From Candidatus Poribacteria bacterium (GTDB lineage: Bacteria; Poribacteria; WGA-4E; UBA9662), in contig JAYGDX010000176.1 of assembly GCA_046582655.1 (NCBI GenBank), forward strand, positions 1 to 36,806: a stretch of DNA of 36,806 bases, written 5' to 3'. Position numbers and translations under genes: made by a program. The notes under the pieces are model-generated. The model saw only the letters and a program-made list of their open reading frames with translations, was not told the DNA's origin and made no database searches. Position 1 is the first letter of the stretch, and the number at the start of each line of letters is the position of its first letter. Shown one piece after another: positions 10,198-18,848 of the stretch.

Positions 10198-10340
10198 CGT
10201 AGATGACGTTTGTAACTACGATTTTTTATTGGTAATTCCCCTCTTAGTTGAAAATAGGATTCTTTATATACGGTAGGAAACTATCGTATTGTTTTTACTT
10301 TGATGGGAGTATGTAACAGAAAGGGAGAGGTATTTATCAT

Positions 10341-11789
10341 ATGAGTGAGTTTTGCAACCGAAGAACTGGGAACAGGGCGTCGGTTCTAGAAAAAAAACTG
10401 TCCAAATTTTTCATCCTTATCACACTAATATCTTTCACCTCTATTGCAGCTTTGGCTGATAATGGTGGAGATTCAGTCTGGACGACCGATGTTGCCGTCG
10501 ATACCTTGTGGGTTTTGATTGCAGGTATGTTGGTTTTCTTCATGAATGCTGGATTCGGATGTGTTGAAGCTGGTTTCTGCCGAGCCAAGAACGCTGTCAA
10601 CATCTTGGGCAAAAATTTTGTCGTCTTTGGAATTTCATCCATAGCCTTCTGGATTGTTGGGTGGGCAATCATGTTTGGGGACGGCAACTCCTTCATGGGT
10701 ACTACAGGTTGGTTTGTTGGAGGTGCTGACAACAGTCCTGTTACTGGCGAGGCGTATGTTGGGATTTTTAACTCCATTAACTGGACTGGGGTTCCGCTTT
10801 TTGCCAAATTTTTCTTCCAACTTGTATTTGCTGGAACGGCTGCCACTATTGTTTCTGGCTGTGTGGCGGAACGTATCCACTATAAGTCCTATATGGTTTT
10901 TACTGTTGTCCTTGTGGCCATCAGCTATCCTATTACTGGACACTGGATCTGGGGTGGTGGCTGGCTCGCAAATCTGAAACAGCCAATGTGGGACTTTGCC
11001 GGATCGACGGTTGTCCACTCGGTAGGTGGTTGGGCAGGTCTGGCTGGAATTATCCTGCTTGGACCTAGGCTTGGCAAGTATCGAGATGACGGATCAGTCT
11101 CGCCGATTCCTGGTCATAGTATGGCGCTTGCCTTTCTCGGCGGCATGATTCTCTGGCTCGGCTGGTTCGGGTTTAATCCTGGTAGCACGATGGGTATCTC
11201 AGGATTAGGAGCTAAGGCTGTAGCTCACATCGTGGTAACGACAAATCTGTCCTGTGCAGCAGGTCTTCTGACCGCTACTATTGTTTCATGGATAGTATTG
11301 GGAAAACCGGACTTCAGCATGACTGTCAATGGTGCACTGGCAGGTCTAGTTGCCATTACGGCACCGTGCGCATTTGTTAATGCAATTCCATCCGTAATTA
11401 TCGGGATTATCGCTGGTATTTTGGTTGTTTTCAGCGTGCTTTTCTTTGATAGAATTCGCATTGACGATCCAGTAGGAGCACTCTCGGTTCACTTGACCAA
11501 TGGTATCTGGGGAACGTTAGCGATTGGGCTTTTCGCCACGAAAGCTGCTCCGGGTGGAATAGATGTTGATGGGCTCTTCAACGGTGGAGGTGTGGGTCTA
11601 CTTGTAAGTCAATTTATAGGTGTCGTCGCAGTAGGTGCATTCACATTTGTCTTGGCGCTTATTGTCTGGACGATTATCAAGGCAATTCCTGGATTTGGAC
11701 TACGAGTCGATCAGGAAGGAGAAACGACAGGTCTTGACATTTCCGAAATGGGAATGGAAGCCTATCCCAGCGAAAATCCAGTTGGATAA
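10341..11789 (+). CDS. amtB: Ammonium transporter (Amt family)
   Basis: LVFFMNAGF, AKNAVNI, FQLVFA, SGCVAER, DFAGSTVVH, LWLGWFGFNPGS, NGALAGLVAITA and IDDPVGALSVH. Both conserved His are present. N-terminal signal peptide. Confidence 0.97.
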   Translation: MSEFCNRRTGNRASVLEKKLSKFFILITLISFTSIAALADNGGDSVWTTDVAVDTLWVLIAGMLVFFMNAGFGCVEAGFCRAKNAVNILGKNFVVFGISSIAFWIVGWAIMFGDGNSFMGTTGWFVGGADNSPVTGEAYVGIFNSINWTGVPLFAKFFFQLVFAGTAATIVSGCVAERIHYKSYMVFTVVLVAISYPITGHWIWGGGWLANLKQPMWDFAGSTVVHSVGGWAGLAGIILLGPRLGKYRDDGSVSPIPGHSMALAFLGGMILWLGWFGFNPGSTMGISGLGAKAVAHIVVTTNLSCAAGLLTATIVSWIVLGKPDFSMTVNGALAGLVAITAPCAFVNAIPSVIIGIIAGILVVFSVLFFDRIRIDDPVGALSVHLTNGIWGTLAIGLFATKAAPGGIDVDGLFNGGGVGLLVSQFIGVVAVGAFTFVLALIVWTIIKAIPGFGLRVDQEGETTGLDISEMGMEAYPSENPVG

Positions 11790-11815
11790 GTAGCTGAATA
11801 TTATTTATCCTTTTT

Positions 11816-11852
11816 AAGCCCAAGTTCGGGTAAACCCGAACTTGGGCTTTTT
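11816..11852 (+). terminator. Rho-independent terminator of amtB
   Basis: Perfect 15-bp stem AAGCCCAAGTTCGGG-TAAA-CCCGAACTTGGGCTT plus T-tract. Confidence 0.92.
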
Positions 11853-11971
11853 ATTTGCCTGCTATTATAGTCTTGGACAGCCGGTCTAGTATGAGGCATC
11901 TGCCATCTTGATGGCACTCAGATCCCCAGGATTCAGATCCTCGGCAATATCTTCAGTTTTCTGCTATTACT

Positions 11972-12011
11972 CGCTTATTTTATCGGCAAAACCCTGACTA
12001 AAAAGCAGGCA
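11972..12011 (+). promoter_or_regulatory. Tandem putative bEBP enhancer sites upstream of the porin
   Basis: CGCTTATTTTATCGGCA (11972) and TGACTAAAAAGCAGGCA (11995), 23 bp apart. Confidence 0.6.
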
Positions 12012-12086
12012 TTCTGCTTATGAAGATTACAGTATTGAACTAGGTATTATCTATGTTCTAAGCAGATTCTTAGCCTTGATCGTTGA

Positions 12087-12102
12087 TGGCATAGGTATTG
12101 CG
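12087..12102 (+). promoter_or_regulatory. sigma54 (-24/-12) promoter of the porin gene
   Basis: TGGCAT-AGGTA-TTGCG. Confidence 0.75.
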
Positions 12103-12344
12103 CTTAGTGGCCTTAAAGATTAATCTAAATGATTTTGTATTTTGAAAGCAAAAATGTTTTAGCATGTTTTAAGTTTGTCTTTTATAATCATGTATATGGG
12201 TTCACAGTTAAGCTTATGCAACGGATAACAATAATTTTGAATCTGTGAGCATATGCCTAGCGTTGTAGTGTTACGTTGTTTGAAGTTTCTAAATAATCTT
12301 TAAGTTTTTAATTAAACCCATTTAGACTTTAAGGAGGTTTAACT

Positions 12345-13394
12345 TTGTTTTCTAAAAAGAGCAGGAGACTGAGCCTGTGTTTAGTTTCCTTGGTTTTGAT
12401 TCTTTCATCATTGAGTATTTCTCATGCTCAAATAAAACTGACGGATAATCTGTCGCTTTCCGGTTTTCTGGATATGTCCGCAGGGACTTCGATTGTTGAA
12501 GACGCAGATACAGAGGCAAACGCTAGTTTTGATCAGTTTGAACTCGATTTTCACTTTGCTAACGATAAAGTTTCGGCTCGTGTGGATGTTGATAGCACGT
12601 CAGCAGCTTCGACGGTGGAATTAGATGATAAGTATCAATTCAAGGGAGCGAGTGAAGTGAGTCGTCTGATTGGATTAGAACAGGCTCACGTGTCTTACGC
12701 TTTTAGCGACAAACTTAGTGTAACGGCTGGCAGATTTCTCAGTTGCATTGGCTTTGAAGCCGCTGAGCCGGCAGATATGTATCAATATTCTTGGTCTCAA
12801 GGTATACCTTATCCAGGTTACCAGGATGGTGTTGCCATTAACTTTACCTTAAATAACCAAGTTGGTATTTATGCCTCTATGGTTGAGAGCGTTTGGGGTA
12901 ACCCTATGAGTTCTAGTCTCAACCTTCCCAGTTTTGAAGCACAAGTTGCTTTAACGCCAATTGATAAACTGACAGCCAAAATAGGATTTGCCGGTGACGT
13001 TCTCTCTAATGGTGCAGGGACTGAGTATTTACAAAGTGAAGTGAACGTCTGGGCGCAGTTTAGTGTAGCTGACAATTTCTTTGTGGCTGCTGAAGTTGAC
13101 CTGTTGGGCAATTGGGATGCAATTGATGAGACGGGAAATTTGCGTCCTGAGGGTGATAGCGGAATGCACTTCTTGGGCATGGCTAATTATGGTCTAACGG
13201 ACAAGGTTGCTGTTACCGCTAGGTTTAGTGGTTATAGTGTTGGTGATGGAGATTTACAGACAGAGGTTACATTAAGCCCGTCATATGCGTTTACGGACAG
13301 TTGGGGTGGGTTGGTTGAGTTGAGACAAACTCTTGCAGATGCAGATGGAAACTCACGAACCGACATCGCCATAGAAACGATCTATACTTTCTAA
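12345..13394 (+). CDS. Outer-membrane beta-barrel protein (putative porin)
   Basis: TTG start after AAGGAGG, signal peptide, alternating amphipathic strands (LSLSGFLDMS, LEQAHVSY, LSVTAGRFLSCIGFE) and C-terminal Phe (ETIYTF). Confidence 0.85.
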   Translation: MFSKKSRRLSLCLVSLVLILSSLSISHAQIKLTDNLSLSGFLDMSAGTSIVEDADTEANASFDQFELDFHFANDKVSARVDVDSTSAASTVELDDKYQFKGASEVSRLIGLEQAHVSYAFSDKLSVTAGRFLSCIGFEAAEPADMYQYSWSQGIPYPGYQDGVAINFTLNNQVGIYASMVESVWGNPMSSSLNLPSFEAQVALTPIDKLTAKIGFAGDVLSNGAGTEYLQSEVNVWAQFSVADNFFVAAEVDLLGNWDAIDETGNLRPEGDSGMHFLGMANYGLTDKVAVTARFSGYSVGDGDLQTEVTLSPSYAFTDSWGGLVELRQTLADADGNSRTDIAIETIYTF

Positions 13395-13453
13395 GTTGGG
13401 ATTTAATTCTCAAAACTTAGATCAATTTTGAAGATATTACCTAAATATCACCT

Positions 13454-13489
13454 AAAAGCCTACGCCTGAAAATAGGCGTAGGCTTTTTT
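13454..13489. terminator. Bidirectional intrinsic terminator
   Basis: AAAAGCCTACGCCT-GAAAAT-AGGCGTAGGCTTTT between convergent genes. Confidence 0.9.
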
Positions 13490-14498
13490 ATTTTGTGATT
13501 TTGGCCATCGTTACCCATTCATTTTCGGGAATTGTAGGCAGCAAACAATACAACAATTTGGCTTGGATAGAATAGTTTGGTTTTAGGTCAAAAGTAAATT
13601 GGCGAAGCTCATCCGGCTGAAATCGATTGTCCATCTGATCCGAATCCAACATCATTGAATGTTCAATCTGTTGATGATATTCAATCTCACCTGATGGATT
13701 TGATATTTTTACGTCAAGTATAATCGTACGTAGCCCGTCACCTGGTAACATATGACCCGACTTGTTTTTTACTCCGATAATCGCTTTCCCACCCCTTTTT
13801 TCTATCATCAACTCGGCTGCCTTCTCTAGCATCTGTCCACTTCGACTGCCTATCCATGTATGCCGTCGTCCCGAAATCCGTTCGTAACTGAGCGTACTTT
13901 GCATGCGTTTGACCTGTGGCATGTGGCAGGTAGCACAATTTTTACCCTCTTCTGAGGCTTGGCTTTTCTTAAAGCTGATGATCTGATTATGCTCAGGAAC
14001 CTTCGGCTGTCCGTGACAAGTGGCGCACAGTTCAGTTGCTTTTGTATGGACTTCACCGGCAACATTAGCATGAAACATAGCATCGATCTTCATCGACGGA
14101 CCATGCATGCCACCGTTCACATCGACATGGCAGGTTAGGCAAGAAACGCCGCTCTGCTGATCGTCTGTCCTCAACTTCGGCATCTTTCCAATGCCGGTAA
14201 TCAGAACCGGCTCAGGTGCGTGACAGGGATCACAATTCTTTTGACGATCTGTAACCGCGCTGGCCGCTTCCTGATAAACTGGATCTGTCCAGGATTTAGC
14301 GTGCATTGATCTCTCCCATTCCCTCCAGATAGCAGGATGGCAACTCCGGCATTTCCCTGATTTGAATCCGCGTTTAATATCATTGAGCCCGAGATAGCTG
14401 GCCTGGTCCGCTACTGAGCTTCTGAAAATCATAAGCAACATTCCAAAGACAGGAATTGAAACGATAACCAGCCAACGGGAAATTTGTCGCCTCATCAC
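13488..14498 (-). CDS. Multiheme (5 CxxCH) c-type cytochrome, c554/c552-like
   Basis: CRSCH...WERSMHA, CDPCHAP, GVSCLTCH, CATCH and CATCHMP. N-terminal signal or anchor. Overlaps the hemG stop by 4 bp. Confidence 0.9.
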   Translation of the reverse strand: MMRRQISRWLVIVSIPVFGMLLMIFRSSVADQASYLGLNDIKRGFKSGKCRSCHPAIWREWERSMHAKSWTDPVYQEAASAVTDRQKNCDPCHAPEPVLITGIGKMPKLRTDDQQSGVSCLTCHVDVNGGMHGPSMKIDAMFHANVAGEVHTKATELCATCHGQPKVPEHNQIISFKKSQASEEGKNCATCHMPQVKRMQSTLSYERISGRRHTWIGSRSGQMLEKAAELMIEKRGGKAIIGVKNKSGHMLPGDGLRTIILDVKISNPSGEIEYHQQIEHSMMLDSDQMDNRFQPDELRQFTFDLKPNYSIQAKLLYCLLPTIPENEWVTMAKITK

Positions 14499-15934
14499 AG
14501 ATCAAAATCCCCTAGCAGTTTTGTAACCGCTTTTTCAGCGCTGTTAATACAAGCCGGAATTCCGACACCGTGAAACGCGTTGCCAGCAAAAGCGAGACCG
14601 GGTAGCTGCGCGATTTCCGACTCGATTTGTCTCACGCGATCAAGATGACCGAGATAATATTGGGCGATTGCATTGTCATATTTGCTGATTAGGACATCGA
14701 TAGGGTTTCCCTTCACACCTAGTAAGGTATTCAAGTCCCGAAGGACTAGTTCGATGATCTGTTGTTCGCTCCTGTCGATCATGTTGCGTTCCTGTGCCAA
14801 ATCAACGAAGGCACGCAACAAAATGATGTCCTCAGGCGCACGATTATCGAATTTTACGCTACTGAACGAACAGGCAAGAATCGACTTTCGTTCAATAGCT
14901 GGAACTACGAAACCCATTCCATCAAGTGGATGATTAATCTGTTCTTGGCGAAACGCTAGATTAACGGTTATTGAAGAAGAATAGGAAATAGATCCGAGGA
15001 GACCAGAGATTATTGGACTAGCTGATTTGATAATTGCCGCAGCACGACTGGCAGGGAGAGCTATGCAGACGAGGTCAGCTTCAATATGCTGATTCTGGTT
15101 AAAGTTCACTATCCACCTGTTTTTTTTAGGTTGAAGATCAACTCGATTAGCTTTGGTGTTGATACAGATGGTACCTTCGGGGATCTGCCTACTTAGTTCT
15201 TCAACCAGTGTCTGCATACCAGATTGGAACGAAAGAAACAAACTGTACCGTGGTCCGCTGGCGTTCTGCTGATCAGAATTCTTCCTTCTAGCCATCAGTG
15301 CCCGAATAATGCTGCCATATTGATGCTCCATTTCGGGGAACTGTGGCATAGTCGATCTCAGGCTAAGTTTAGAGGGATCAGCAGCATAGATTCCACCTAT
15401 CATTGGTTGAGCGAATCGCTCAAATGCTTCCCTTCCTAAACGTCGAACCACAAAGCTTTCAAGCGATTCGTCTTCATCACTATTTTTCGGTGGCAAAAAC
15501 AGATCCATAGCCATCCTCAATTTTCCCTTGACGCTAAAAATTGGGGACCTAACCAATGGTATGATCATACCGGGCGCCATCATGTAGAAGCCTTGAGGTG
15601 TGGCATGAAGGTTATTATTGTGGATGACGAAACTGCGCCGATACTGAGTGGTTGTTCCAACTAGCCGATCAGCAATACCAATTTCTTGGCAGAGGTCTTT
15701 AGCCCAAGGTTTGGTCGATATGAAAGCATCCGGCCCTCGTTCCATAACTAATCCATCTCGTTTGACGGTATCGATGACTCCACCAAGACGTTCAGAGGCT
15801 TCAAACAACCTGACGCGTAGCGAAAGATCTCGCGTCCGAGATTCAGTAATCAGCTTATAGCAAGCCGTTAAGCCACTGATACCACCACCGATAACAACGG
15901 CCATTTTTGCTTTTGGGTTGTGATGTTCTGTCAA
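14495..15934 (-). CDS. hemG: Protoporphyrinogen/coproporphyrinogen oxidase, HemY-type
   Basis: VIGGGISGL, EASERLGG, ERGPDAF, DESLESFVVRRLG, GIYAADP, GFVVP and GVGIPACI. Confidence 0.92.
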   Translation of the reverse strand: MTEHHNPKAKMAVVIGGGISGLTACYKLITESRTRDLSLRVRLFEASERLGGVIDTVKRDGLVMERGPDAFISTKPWAKDLCQEIGIADRLVGTTTQYRRSFVIHNNNLHATPQGFYMMAPGMIIPLVRSPIFSVKGKLRMAMDLFLPPKNSDEDESLESFVVRRLGREAFERFAQPMIGGIYAADPSKLSLRSTMPQFPEMEHQYGSIIRALMARRKNSDQQNASGPRYSLFLSFQSGMQTLVEELSRQIPEGTICINTKANRVDLQPKKNRWIVNFNQNQHIEADLVCIALPASRAAAIIKSASPIISGLLGSISYSSSITVNLAFRQEQINHPLDGMGFVVPAIERKSILACSFSSVKFDNRAPEDIILLRAFVDLAQERNMIDRSEQQIIELVLRDLNTLLGVKGNPIDVLISKYDNAIAQYYLGHLDRVRQIESEIAQLPGLAFAGNAFHGVGIPACINSAEKAVTKLLGDFDL

Positions 15935-16119
15935 TTGCCCACTGTTTTTTTGCGATTATTGTTCTGAATTTAAATTGATTATAACATTTCTGATTGAAGG
16001 AAGACTGCTGACTGTCAGAAGAAGCAGTTCAACATCATACGTCTTAATTGAACAGGTTTCCGTTTTGGTGTTATGCTTACCATGTAAAACCGATATTTCT
16101 AACAAAAGTAGAAATCGTC

Positions 16120-16431
16120 ATGACAGACGTATTGCTCTATTCGATAGATCAAATAGCAAACCTAATTCGTAACAGAGAAACTTTCTCCTACCGATCTGAT
16201 CGAAGCCATGTTTGTCCGCATAAATCAGCAGAAAATACAATTGAGTGCTTTAATCCAATTGTTTTAGAAGAAAAAAAGGCCCAGCTTGCGGGACAAGTGG
16301 TAATAGGGATTCTGAGCAATCATGATCAGGGGAAATTGCAAGGTGTTCCAGTTGCGATTAAAGATATTATTGGTCTGGTAAGGACTCCCGCCACTTGCAG
16401 TTTAATTACATTTAGGATGTTGCCTTTATGA
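16120..16431 (+). pseudogene. Amidase-signature (GatA-like) N-terminal relic
   Basis: MTDVLLYSIDQIANLIRNRE, a shifted frame LSPTDLIEAMFVRINQ, then GKLQGVPVAIKDII...TPATCS. The rest of the gene is missing. Confidence 0.7.
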
Positions 16432-16706
16432 TGAGCACCATGACAGATGATGGGTACGGTGGAAAAAGATCGGTACTCGATTATACGGAGGAATTGGGTA
16501 CCGATCAGTGACCTTAAGGTGAGGGGGCCTCTGGCCACATTTTTTGTGGATCTTGAGCCAAAAGTAGAAAAATTGTCAATCAGGCGATAGAAACGCTGGG
16601 AGAGCTAAGCTTGAATATAATTGAACCCAATCTTTCATCTGTACCCTCAGTGGAAAAAATTGCGAATGGCTTCTTGAATAAAGTCTCTATGATTCCGGTA
16701 CCATGT

Positions 16707-17657
16707 TTAGCTAATTATAGCCTTTTTCTGTAATTGACGGAATCGATCCAAAGTTTTATCAATTCCTGTTTCCATGGTGTAACTTGGCACAAACCCAATT
16801 TCCTTGGCTATTGCTGATGCGTCATAATCCCATGAGATACCAAACAGCCCAGGCTCTAATGAAATGTTTGCTCTGGGATCAATTGCTTTTAGGTAATCGA
16901 ATCCCTCTTTGACTTCTCGAACACCGCCACAAACATTGAAGGCACGTGTTTTAGTCGTTGGGCAAGTGGCAGACATAACGATTGAGCGTGATACATCTTC
17001 AACATACTGCCAATCTACTGCGTCATCACCGAAAGGGACTTCGTAGGACTTACCGAGCGCTACAGCCTCTATCATTTTCGTCGTGAAAGAACTCATGCCA
17101 CGTGTTCGTCCAACGCCATAGACAGCTGTAAAGCGGAGACCAATCGTATCAAGGCCATACTCATTAAAATAATGTTCCGCGTAACGTTCATTCAATGATT
17201 TGCACGCACCATAGATAAATTTTGGGAAATGTGCCGACTCGTTTTTGATTTGCTGATGATTGTAGTCATCAGGTGAGCCAAAAACAGCAACACTGCTAGC
17301 CCATACAGTGCGTTCAATGCCAAATATCCGCGCGGCTTCAAAGATATTAACTGTACCCTCAGAAACAATTTTTAAAGCTAAAGGAGGGTTAGCTTGACAG
17401 GCTGGTACCTGCCACGAAGCGAGATGGATGATCCGATCAATATTATTCTTTTTAATAGTTTGGAGAATATTTGGGAGATCTGTGATGTCTCCGCCAACGA
17501 AGGTGATTTGGTTGATCTGATTATCATTTAACACCATGTTGGGGATTGTCAGGTCGTACGTCAGATCGTAGACGATTACTTGCTTTCCTGCTTCTAACAG
17601 ATCACGAATAACGTATGACCCAATGCAGCCAAATCCTCCTGTCACTAGATATGCCAT
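16707..17657 (-). CDS. NAD-dependent epimerase/dehydratase (extended SDR)
   Basis: TGGFGCIG, IIHLA, ASSVAVFG, YGACK and VYGVGR. Confidence 0.9.
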   Translation of the reverse strand: MAYLVTGGFGCIGSYVIRDLLEAGKQVIVYDLTYDLTIPNMVLNDNQINQITFVGGDITDLPNILQTIKKNNIDRIIHLASWQVPACQANPPLALKIVSEGTVNIFEAARIFGIERTVWASSVAVFGSPDDYNHQQIKNESAHFPKFIYGACKSLNERYAEHYFNEYGLDTIGLRFTAVYGVGRTRGMSSFTTKMIEAVALGKSYEVPFGDDAVDWQYVEDVSRSIVMSATCPTTKTRAFNVCGGVREVKEGFDYLKAIDPRANISLEPGLFGISWDYDASAIAKEIGFVPSYTMETGIDKTLDRFRQLQKKAIIS

Positions 17658-17668
17658 TAGATCATCCT

Positions 17669-17992
17669 TTATATATCTTGTACTTGAGGTGAGTCAATAT
17701 CAACTAAAATATCATCGCCTTCAATTTTAACTGGATAAGCGGGAATGTTGAGACTACCGGGCCAAACCGACTCACCCGTCTTAACATCAAATTCCCACAT
17801 GTGCAATGGACACGAAACTACACAGTCGTTCATAAAGCCGTGATGCAAGGATCCTCCCATATGTGGACAGACATCGTCTATTGCGTAATACTCACCATCT
17901 ATACAGTAAATCCCAATAAAGACTTTATCAAGTTTTGTCCCAAATCCACGTCCAGGTTTTACTTGATCTGTGGTTGCCACCTTCACAAACAT
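17669..17992 (-). CDS. Rieske [2Fe-2S] ferredoxin
   Basis: CPH...CPLH ligand motifs. Start placed at MFVKVA (ATG 17992) after GGAG. Confidence 0.88.
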   Translation of the reverse strand: MFVKVATTDQVKPGRGFGTKLDKVFIGIYCIDGEYYAIDDVCPHMGGSLHHGFMNDCVVSCPLHMWEFDVKTGESVWPGSLNIPAYPVKIEGDDILVDIDSPQVQDI

Positions 17993-18097
17993 AAATAATC
18001 TGTTGCTCCAGAAAATGGTATAAATTTTGCGAAATTGTATCATAATGTCAGAGGTTTTCCCAACAATTCCTATCACTTGGAGTCCCGAGTTATTTAA

Positions 18098-18126
18098 TTG
18101 ACTTTTCATATTGTCTTTGTTATACT
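18098..18126 (+). promoter_or_regulatory. sigma70 promoter
   Basis: TTGACT-N17-TATACT with an extended TG. Supports a start at 18170. Confidence 0.6.
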
Positions 18127-18169
18127 CGCTTTCTGGTTGGTACCATTTTCTGAATTAGAGAGGGACTCC

Positions 18170-18694
18170 ATGTTTGAGCAGGAAAACCCTGAAGTTGAAG
18201 AAATTAGGGAAGAAGAGTTGGTTGATCAAAACGGTGTTTCTAACAAAGGGCAAGACAATCTGGATAATGAAGACTTGGAAAACGGAAACGCAACAGAGGG
18301 AGCAGAAGTATCGGAAGTAGCAGATAATGCGTATTTGGCAGAAGAAGTTTGGGCTGAAAGTGGGGTAGTTATTAACATGAATCAGGTGCAATCAATTGAT
18401 ATTCCTGAACAGTTCAGTCAAAGAAGAGCAGAAAATGGATGGGAAATTGCAATACATCGGTGGTGTAAAGTAACAGTCAACATGACAGCTAGCATGCGTA
18501 AAACTGAGGTAGTTATGATTAGAGGGGATCAAATAATAAAAAATGGTGAGGAACTTTTAGTATTGCACAACAGCCCTGCTGATGAGTATAAAACCAAGAG
18601 ATCTACCTCATCACTCGCGCTTGAGCGTGATGAACTGCTTAAAAATAGACAGCTAACTCCCCAGAGTGAATCGTCTGGAATGGGAAAAACCTAG
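18170..18694 (+). CDS. Hypothetical protein with acidic disordered N-terminus
   Basis: ATG after GAGGGA. About 55 E/D/N-rich residues precede a beta-rich domain. Confidence 0.7.
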   Translation: MFEQENPEVEEIREEELVDQNGVSNKGQDNLDNEDLENGNATEGAEVSEVADNAYLAEEVWAESGVVINMNQVQSIDIPEQFSQRRAENGWEIAIHRWCKVTVNMTASMRKTEVVMIRGDQIIKNGEELLVLHNSPADEYKTKRSTSSLALERDELLKNRQLTPQSESSGMGKT

Positions 18695-18755
18695 TACATC
18701 CACTTATTATTTCTGTAGAGTTTTTAGTGTTACGAGACAGCCAGTTTCAGCAATC

Positions 18756-18794
18756 AAAAAGCTGTGCCACATCATGCGATGCGGCACAGCTTTT
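18756..18794. terminator. Bidirectional terminator downstream of groEL
   Basis: AAAAGCTGTGCC...GGCACAGCTTTT. Confidence 0.85.
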
Positions 18795-18848
18795 CATTAG
18801 GATTCGGTTATATGGTGTGATTAGAGGGTATGCGAGTAAATCCCCCTC

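Noticed and set aside
10100..10230. Known glutamine (glnA) riboswitch
   Set aside because: The conserved CGTT...GGAAG...GAAG...ACG core could not be matched.
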